A DNA stretch of 63,410 nucleotides, counting the filler, from Conidiobolus incongruus B7586 (taxonomy: Eukaryota), in NCBI GenBank assembly GCA_000697335.1. It is 7 parts of 7 records of this genome, joined end to end, with 100 filler letters (N's around TTAATTAATTAA, not from the genome) between each part and the next. Parts side by side here need not be neighbours in the genome. Positions count along the whole stretch, not along the records: positions 52,100 to 59,451 come from JNEM01007283.1; positions 59,552 to 63,410 come from JNEM01007285.1; 5 more parts are not named here. The stretch is one strand, 5' to 3'. Shown in pieces: positions 52,765-63,410 of this stretch (positions are counted from its first letter, which is position 1; the number at the start of each line of letters is the position of its first letter). Below the pieces are notes generated by a model that ran no database searches, was not told the origin of the DNA, and was given only the letters and a program-made list of their open reading frames with translations. A program made the translations under genes and the position numbers.

Positions 52765-55700
52765 CTCTTTTAGTAGGTTTTTTAGAAGAGACACACTCCC
52801 TAAATTTTTACAAATAAGTATAATAGGCTAAAGTATTCTTAATATTTTCTAAGGGTTCCTATGTAACTTTTTTAATAGGATAACCTATCTATTTTATATA
52901 AAAATAAAGCTTATTCCTAATAAATTTAAACTTAATTATATAATTAACATACTATTTTTCTTCTCTATCTTAATTAATAATTAGATCTAGTTTTAAAGTT
53001 TTTAATCAATTAAGAATAGTGTTAAAATCTTCAAAGTATGGTTTAATTTTAGATATGTGAAAGGTAAAGTTAATCCTCAAAGTTAGAGGTAATTCTAAGG
53101 TAATATTTTTAAAATTTGAATCAATAGATTAAATTTTATAGGGATTATAATATAATAGTAAGTATTTGGGATTTAAGCTAAATTTAAATAAGGTAGGTTT
53201 AAGGGTAAATTGTTCTAAGTATACAAACATGTTAATTTTATATTTAAGAGGGTTTCTAGATAACTTTAAGTATTATTATTCTATGATCCTTTAATTTTCT
53301 TCTAAGTTAAATTTGATAAGGGAATTAATATGTTTGATATTAGATAGAAATTCAACAATGTCCAAAGGTAAGTTGATTTAAAGTTTTAGAGTAATTATTA
53401 AGTTAGGATATTTGTTATAATTAATAAAATAAAGGTTAAAACCTGTTAATCTGTTGATAAAAGTATTGAATGAATATTAAAGTTGGTAGATATAGATATT
53501 TTAATTTAACTATTTAGTGTTAATATAAGCTTTAATCATTTACTTTAAAGTTTTAATAGTTTTTTCAGCAAGTTTATTGGTTTAATAATAATTGGTAGTA
53601 GATATAAATAGGTTAATCTTAAAGGAAAAGGATAATAACTTCTAAAATCAAGAGTTAAATTATATATCTTTATCAAATATAATAGTTTGTGGAATTCTAT
53701 AATAGGTAAAAATATTAGAGAATAACAATTATACAATATCTTTAACTGTAGAAGATTTGAAACAAGGAATAAAATAAACATATTTGGTAAATGAATCAAT
53801 TATAATTAGTAAGTTATCATAACTATTTGTTGATTTAAGAATTTTTATGAAATCAAGTTAGATTTATTATTAAATTTTATTAGGGACTTGTAAAGGAATA
53901 AGTTTGCTATATTTTAATTGAGTATTATATTTAGTTCTTTAACATATATCATAGGTATTAGTGTATTTCTAAACTAATTTAACTAGGGAAAGCTAGTAGT
54001 ACTTTGTTTTAATTCTCTCAGCAGTTTTTAACTAGTTTTGATGTCCTCTAATAGATAAGTTATAGCATTCATCAAATATTGTTTGTTAAATCTTAGGAAT
54101 ATTAGGAATATATAGACAATTATTATAGTATAGTAAGTTATTGATAATTATAAATCTTTTGACATATTTTAATTAGTTTTCTAATAGTTTAAAAAGTTCT
54201 TCTTTAACTAAAATAAAGAAATTATTATTTAACAGTGTTTCTTAAAGTAGTTTAATAAATTCTTTATTTCTTTCATTAATAATCATTAAGTTAATATTTG
54301 CTGGATTTTTATAATTAAAACAAAAGGGTAGGTATGTAAGATTTTTTAACAAAGTATCTACAATATAATTTTATTAACCTAAGAGATATTAAATAAAGAT
54401 AAAGTAAGCTTAAATAGTTTTAATCTATTTAACTTATCTTCTTAATAAATGTTTTTGAGTATTTAAGTAGATAAGTAATTTATAATTTGTAAATACTAGT
54501 AAAAAATTGTAGGATAGGAAATGTAAGTGATTTTTGACTATTTCTACCAAAGCAAAGAGTTTTTATTTATAAACTAGGTATTTTAATTCAGCTAGTTTTA
54601 TTTTTTTTAACCAGAATGTTATAAATTTTAAGGTAACATTTATAAAGTTAAACTCAACTTATTTTCCCTTATTTATTATTTTATTTTATAATTATAAGGT
54701 AAAATATAATTTAAATTTAAACTAGGTTAATTATCTATTCATTACAAAAAAATTAGAGTTAGTAAAAATAATAGTAGGTAGTTTTAGATTAAAGATAAAT
54801 AAAGCAAAAGTATTGGTAATATAGAAAATTAAAGCATTTATATAGAAAGTGTGTAATAGGGTTTATTCAAAAAAAGAGTCTTTCTTTAAAAGATTAGTAA
54901 GAAAAGTAACAAGTTTAATAAAAAAATTAATAAAGTTTTTAAAGTAATTTTATAATTTAAATATAAACATAAATTGATCTTTGTTTATAGGTATATTAAA
55001 AGCTTTAACACCATTGAGTTTAATTGGATCAATATTAATTCTTTAAAAGGAAACAATATAACTATAGAAAAAGATAAAAGAGGCACCAAAAATATATTTT
55101 GATAATTTTAAAGGTAATTTATATTCTTGAATAATTTTCAAAATTTAATTAATATGTTAAATATATTCTTTTTTAATTTTTGAATAGATTAGGATATTAT
55201 TAAAATATATAATAATAAAGTTATTAAAAACAGGGTTAAAAAGGGAATTGATAAATTAAGTAAAAGTTACAAAAACATTACACAATCTAAAGTTTATAAT
55301 AATAAATTTATAGTAACCTAAAAGAGTGTTGAAAGTAATTAAAAGGATAGAATTTTCTTTAACTCTAATGTTATAATATCTATTCTTAATATCTAGTTTA
55401 ATAAATATAGTTGATTTAAGTAATTTATCTTTAACATTATATAGGTTTAATAATAAAGTTTTATCTTTAATAGTTTTAGAGTTTAAAACATAGTTATTAA
55501 TATATAATTTCTAACCACCATCAACTTTTTTTATAAAGAAAATTAGAGATTTTTATAATAAAGAAAAAAGTTTAATATACTTATTTTTAAGTAGTTTTTA
55601 AATTTCTTCTTTTAAAGTTTGATATTATTCAAGAGATAAATGGTAAATAAATTTTAAGTATAGTTGTATACTAGGGAGTAATTTAATTTTATGCTTAATA

Positions 55701-57679
55701 TTATATTTAAAAGGTAATTTATCTATAGATTCAAAAACATTAGCAAATTAACTTATTATATTATATAAGAAGTGGTCATTAAATATAATTTTATTGAAAT
55801 CAACAGATAAAGTATTAATAGATAAATAATAAACAGATATATATCTTTATAAATTATTAAGGTTCTTATTTAGTTTTTTACATTAGTTTTTGTTTATAAT
55901 AATAGAATTATTTGTTACAATTATAGAGTTAGTGTTAAATATAGTATTTAATAATTTTATAGTAGGGTAATGTAGGTTTTTTAAGATTAATTTCACTAAT
56001 TTTTTTTAGAATGTAAAAAAAATAAATTTGTAGATTTTTAGGGTAATATTCATAGATATAAAACTGTAATATTCAAACTAATTTTAACCTAGTATAAAAT
56101 TATAACTAATGTTATTAACTAGGAATTTAATATATTAAAAGTAATTAGGGGGTAATAATAAATATTTAAATACAGTGTTAGATGCTTGTTTTATTAAGTT
56201 ATTAGTATATTTAATTATCAAGTTACTTTTTTAGGTAGGTAAAGATAGCTTTATAATAATAAAAGAGGAAATAATATAACTAAAATAATTAGAATCAATT
56301 AAAACACTAATAGGTGTATTTATAAAAAAATTCATTAACACAAATAATAAGGTGATAGTTAAAGGTAAAAAATTACAAGGTAAATTAGTTACTAGAATAT
56401 TTCTAGTTTCTAATAGTTTAATCAGTTGGATTTCTCTAGTATATATAGTTTAATTTGTAAAATCAATAGTTTGTTAAAACTTTTGTGGATTAGATTAGAA
56501 TTTTCTAACTAATTATAAAAGGGGTGATTTTAAGGTTATATTAATATTATTCAAGTTTGATTTATGGTTGGGAGGTTAAAATTGTTGAAAATTAAACAGA
56601 TGTTGCTTTTTTAAAGGGTATTTATTAACTCTATAGTTAACTTAAGTTTTTTAATAGTAATAACAACCTTTATTTACTTTCAAGTAAACTTTAACTTTTT
56701 TACTAAAAGTTTTCTTATAAAGCTTTAAGGTAGAAACATCTATCATTTGAAACTTAAGTAAGTTAAAGTAAAGTTTAAAAGATTAATTTTTAAGGTGGGA
56801 AAATTTAGTTATAAAGTAAAAGATATCATCAATTATAATTTTTATATCACAAATGTTAGAAAAAAACATATTATTAAAGTGTTCCCTATTAACTAACTAG
56901 AGCTTTACTTAAAAGTTAAAGTATTGTAATAGTTTGTAGATTTATTCTTCTTTAGTGATATTTAATATATTTAAACATATCTCATTAAATTTCTCAATTA
57001 ATTATTTTACAGAAGTTTTTTATTTAAGCTAAAAAAGCTTTTCTCTTGTTAATTAAACTTAATTTTTTAGGTAATACCTCTCTTTAAAAACTTTTTCCAA
57101 TTGTTTAAAAGTTTGTATTTTTGTAATAGGTTATCCTCTTGAAGTTTCTTTAAGATTAAACTTGTAATAAGTTAATTACCAAGTATAAATAAATTTTTCT
57201 AAAAAAGAAGTGGTGAATTTAAAGATATTCTCTAGATCTTTATCTAAGATTAAATCAAGGTAATTCTTTATATTTTTAAGGTAGTTTTCAAGTTTGTAAA
57301 GGTTTTTAAAACTATCATAAGTAGTTAATTTATTTTTAAAGATATTAAAGAGATAGTTTAATATATTAATTATAGTGAAGTAACTGGTTTATTAGATTTA
57401 AACTCTTTGAGACATGTTTTTTTCAATCAGAAGTTGTCTAATATAAGCTTCTATGAGGGTAATAAGCTTTTAAAAACTAAAGTCTTAGACTCACTTAGTA
57501 ATTAAGTTGTTATCATTATTAAAATAATATAAGGGTATTTTTTTTAGTGGTATTATAATATATAGTATTAAATTTGAATGAAATAAATTATAGATAAAAT
57601 TTAAAATAATAATAATTAAGTTTGATACAAATAGTTATTAATTTCTAGTAGGTTTTTAATAGTTTTATTGCTGCTACTA

Positions 57680-58076
57680 TATAAGTATAGTGGTAGTTAA
57701 ACTAATATAATATAGAGGAAAACTTAATAAAAAAGTAATATGGTGTAGAATATAATAATATAATATAGCTATAGCATACAAGTGTAAACAAAGTTTAATT
57801 AAGCTTTGAACTAGGATGAGTCACTAATATATTAAGATTTATATTAAGTAGTGTTAATATCCTATAATATTAATAGAATATAGTTTTAATTTTAGAAATA
57901 GTGTAAAAGTAGAAAATAGTAAGAATTGAGAAGAAAAAGAAAAACCTTATTTATTAGATAATTCAATGCTAATTATACAATTAATTTAACTATATAAGTA
58001 TAAATTAATCATATAATTTATAGTTAATTGGATTATATGAAAGTATATATAAGAATTTAAAGAACATCTCTTAACA
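57680..58076 (-). repeat. 5' LTR of copy B
   Basis: 397 bp; TGTTAAG start on the minus strand; followed by the PBS relic. Confidence 0.93.
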
Positions 58077-58429
58077 ATATTATTAATATTTGTTTATTTA
58101 ATAATTACTGTTTTAATATTTTATTTTAGTTTAATTATAAAATAAATTTATTTTTTGATTTATTATTTAATAATAAATTTATCAATAATTATATTATATA
58201 TATTTTTCACAAAATTATTAGTAAATAATAGTATATTTTAAAGGAAAACCCATATTATAAATAATATAATCAATTTAATAGATATGTGAGTTTATATAAG
58301 TTTATAAATATCACTATAATATCAAAGAAATAAGATATTATTTTATTTCCAATTTTTTAATTTCTTATTAAATTTATATAAAAAAAACTATTTAAAGTTA
58401 GTTATTTATTTTAAATTTATTTAAACCAA

Positions 58430-59451
58430 ATAATCATCATTAAAATATTTTATTTTAATATTTAGTAAAACTAAACCATAAATTTTTTAAAATTAAATAA
58501 AATTTATAAGTAGTTTTTAGTAATAAAATATTATCTAAATTAATAATTTATTGCTAGATAAATTATTATAAGGCTAGGAAAGAAATTATATAAAATTTAT
58601 TAAAATCTTAAAAATTATTTTTAATTATCATTATTTTATTTATATATTAAATAAAGAAATATATTAAAAAAAACTCTATATTTTAGCTAGAAAATTGTTA
58701 AAATATTTTAATATTAGTCATATAAGTATTTTTTATATCTCAAAATTAAAATTAAAATAAATTAATAAGAATATATAATAGGTATCAAATAGTCTAATTA
58801 AAGATTTAAAAGAACTAAACTAACTATTATTAAACAAAAATTACTAAGATATAGTTAAATACCAAGGCTTTTATAATAAATTACTATAATTGATAAATTT
58901 TTAATCTTTTTTATAATCTGTTATTAAAATTTAAATCAAGCTGTTAACTTAAGTAAAATCAAACTCTTTTATAGATTTTTTCAAATAAATATTATATTAA
59001 TAAATAAATATTAAATATTATGATAAATAATAATAATATATGCTATTTTTACTTAGTTCCTAAAGGAAAATAAATTAATAATAAAATCTCTATTGTTTTT
59101 ATAAATAAATCTATTTTTAATTAGTATTTTTAATATAATTTCAAAAAACCTATTATATTGAATAATAATAATAAAATTTATAAAGTTAAAATAATAAAAT
59201 ACATTTTATCAAAAATAACTAGAAAGAATTATTATATTTAATATATATTTCAGATTATAACACTTGTAATTATAATTATTTTAGAAAATTGAAAAACTAG
59301 CTTATAAAGAAGACAATTTTGGTAAATAATTTAACTAATTTATAAAATATCAAATTTCAGTCTTTAATAAAAAAAAAACTTTTTTTGCAATTAAAAGTTT
59401 ATTAAGAATATGGAAAAAATGTTTTTAAAAATAAAAAAATATTAAATATAT
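58430..59451 (+). mobile_element. Degenerate mariner (DD34D) transposon, near-complete transposase relic
   Basis: Relics *VSNSL (WVPxxL), ITIIDKFLIF (IVTxDETW), CYFYLVPKGK*IN, KKPIILNNN (ILHDN), N*KELLYLIYISDYNTCNY (WExLxHPPYSPDxxPCDY) and AIKSLLRIWKKC. There are 101 nt between the second and third D positions (34 codons with a 1-nt deletion). Left boundary approximate. Confidence 0.75.
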
Positions 59452-59551
59452 NNNNNNNNNNNNNNNNNNNNNNNNNNNNNNNNNNNNNNNNNNNNTTAAT
59501 TAATTAANNNNNNNNNNNNNNNNNNNNNNNNNNNNNNNNNNNNNNNNNNNN
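59452..59551. other. Assembly gap linker
   Basis: 44N + TTAATTAATTAA + 44N. Confidence 0.98.
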
Positions 59552-59830
59552 TATTAAATTCAAATTATAAAATATTTTTTAATTATAAAAATTAGAAAAA
59601 ATTAATATATTTAGTATATTCATTAGAATATAAATTATATGATTATTATTATTTTAAGTAATTATAAATTTAACTTATAAAAATAATTTCTATATAAAAA
59701 TTTAATTAATTTATAAAATATTCAATTTTAATCTTTAATAAAAAAATGTTTTTAGATATTAAAAGCTTGCCAAAAATATAACAAAGAGTTATTAATAATA
59801 AAAAAAAGATTGATTTTATGATATATTTTT
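59552..59830 (+). mobile_element. Degenerate mariner transposase, 3' part (separate copy)
   Basis: Relics N*KKLIYLVYSLEYKLYDYYYF (~W..L.HP.YSP...CDY) and DIKSLPKI*QRVINN (~GIKSLPKIWQRVIDN). Confidence 0.7.
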
Positions 59831-59968
59831 ATTTTTATAACTTAATTATTAAATCCTATATTTATTTTCAATCATAAAAAATTCTTATTATTCAAAATTT
59901 GGAGTAATAAATAAAAGTGATATTACTATAAATGTAACAAGTCTTTAGTATAATTAATTAATAGAGAT

Positions 59969-61706
<1,738 letters not shown>

Positions 61707-62534
61707 AATTCAATAATAAAAAAATAGCAATATTATAGTATATTTGTTGGCTTTATCTGATCTAATAAATTACTTTATTTTCTTTCTAATCGCGTTAATT
61801 TATGTTTATATATCCATTTTAATTTTGATTAAATTATGGTATCTGATTTTAATATCAATTTTGAATACATATTTATAATTAACTAATGTTCAAATTTAAA
61901 TTTAGTAATATTGATGTATAATTTGTATAATATATTGTTAACATTGTCTAGATATTAATTAAATAAAATTTTATATTAGACTTTAATGAATATTACTTTT
62001 TAAATCTGGACAACGTATTTACGAAGATTATTTAGTATATTTTTATCACCATATTGCTAGTGAAATTATGATTTTGAAAACAACTTGTCTACTTTCTGTA
62101 ATATTATTTACCTTAACAATTTCAATTCAAGCTATTTAATAAATTTCTCATTATTTATCTATTTTTGATAATTTTTTTGGTTTTATATCAAAAACATAAA
62201 AAAAAAACAATTTGAAGACTAAGAGATTGGGAAATTTTTTTACTCAATCTAATTATCATTCTTGCAAATAACTTATTCAATTATTACCTCAAATAATTAT
62301 ATACTTTGAGAAGTATACATTTTAATTTTAATTTGTATCTGATGATTATTTTCATTTTAATTCATAGTTTAAATTATAGTTAGGTATTAAATCAATGTTT
62401 ATTAAGATAATAACAAAAATTTATTTTAAAAAATATATTGGTTAATGTAGATATAGGTAAATTAAATAAACATATGATATATTAGCTTTATAATAATTAA
62501 AAAATATACTATTATTAAACTTTAATATATAATT

Positions 62535-62864
62535 TTTAAATATAATAATAAAAGGTTATTTATGTAATATAGAGGAAAAGTTGATATAAAAGTAATATGG
62601 TATAGAATATAATAATATAATATAAAAGATAGTGTGGAAGTATAAACAAAGTTTAATTAAGCTTCAAATTAAGATAAGTCACTAATATATTAAGATTTAT
62701 ATTAGATAATATTAATATACTATAATATTAATAAAATATACTTTTAATTTTAAAAATAATATAAAAGATAAAAAATAGTAAAAATTAAAAAAAAACTTCA
62801 TTTATTGAATAACTTAATATTATTTATATAATTAATTTAATAATAAAAATATAAATTAATTATA
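62535..62864 (-). mobile_element. Truncated LTR of the chromovirus family, interrupted by Tc1
   Basis: Matches the LTR (TAAACAAAGTTTAATTAAGCTTCAAA...GTCACTAATATATTAAGATTTATATT) until a TA at 62863-62864. Confidence 0.85.
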
Positions 62865-63410
62865 TATTAATTTACAAAAGTAAGTTATAAAATCAAAAAT
62901 ATATATATTAATTAATAACTAAAGCAATTATATATATTAGATTACTTGAAATTATAATATATAATTAAAGTATAATATTTAATAATAAATAAATATATTT
63001 AAATATATTTAGTAAACTATTAGCAAAAATATTAACCTTTAATATTTAACTAAGGTGAGCTATAAATTTGTAGGTTTTTGAGATAAAGGGATATATTTAA
63101 TAATATATAACTATATCTTTTTTCTCTCTTTGTTATTATTTTATATAATATTTTATAGATATATTAAATTTTTTTTATTAATATTATTATATTTAAATCC
63201 TTCTCTAAAAAAATCTATTTGTATATTAATTAACTTTATAAAAAAAATTAATTTGTGATATTGTTAAAGATACTAATATTAGCTAATTTACTATAGTTTA
63301 AGTTATTAAAAATAACAATAAAGAAATATTTAAATTTAAACTTAAGTATATTAAAATTATAGATAAATATAATAAGAAGTATATTTTTAAGTTAGTTAAT
63401 ATAAGTAAGT
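62865..63410 (+). mobile_element. Tc1-like element, left TIR and 5' transposase (runs off window)
   Basis: 62865-63090 is the inverted copy of 28945-29166; 63105-63410 aligns to 27839-28146. Confidence 0.9.

Larger units (their letters stand above)
52366..58076 (-). mobile_element. Full-length degenerate Ty3/Gypsy chromovirus, copy B
   Basis: Colinear with copy A. LTRs 52366-52764 and 57680-58076; TSD ATATT/ATATT; protease VLIDSN, RT YFNNILIYS, integrase, chromodomain IK*IGYPIKKVT*EPLENI; PBS relic TAGTAGCAGC. Confidence 0.96.

Noticed and set aside
53545..53799. 84-aa ORF (also 33830-34018)
   Set aside because: Off-frame or antisense chance ORFs inside the dead retroelements.
30871..58076. 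Alternative genetic code (TAA/TAG = Gln/Trp) or readthrough explaining stops in the TEs
   Set aside because: Host genes end in TAA/TAG normally. The TEs also carry missense damage at catalytic residues (YFDD, DSG) that differs between copies.

Overview
This is AT-rich eukaryotic (fungal) genomic DNA: seven contigs joined by six identical 100-bp gap linkers (44N-TTAATTAATTAA-44N). The gene set and short (~43-60 nt) GT-AG introns suggest an early-diverging fungus such as a Conidiobolus-like entomophthoralean; this is inference, not verified. Host genes are Med15/Gal11, a BRD8-like bromodomain protein, a PPxY-tail type I membrane protein, a SEL1-repeat CaaX protein, a Vps17-like sorting nexin, a tricalbin, mitochondrial TyrRS, tRNA-Lys(CTT), tRNA-Thr(CGT), and three tandem, intronless orphan membrane-protein paralogues with a 'GYxxDCSPN' motif. 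Much of the apparently empty AT-rich DNA is dead transposons missed by the ORF track: two full-length 5.7-kb chromodomain Ty3/Gypsy elements with 5-bp TSDs, a solo LTR and a truncated LTR of the same family, two pieces of an IR/DR Tc1 (DD34E) element, and four pieces of a mariner (DD34D) element. The main signal is that all three TE families are saturated with C>T and G>A transitions on both strands, in CpG, CpA and CpT contexts, while host genes, tRNAs and the diverged paralogues are spared. This looks like a RIP-like, repeat-targeted hypermutation defence in a lineage that may lie outside Dikarya.
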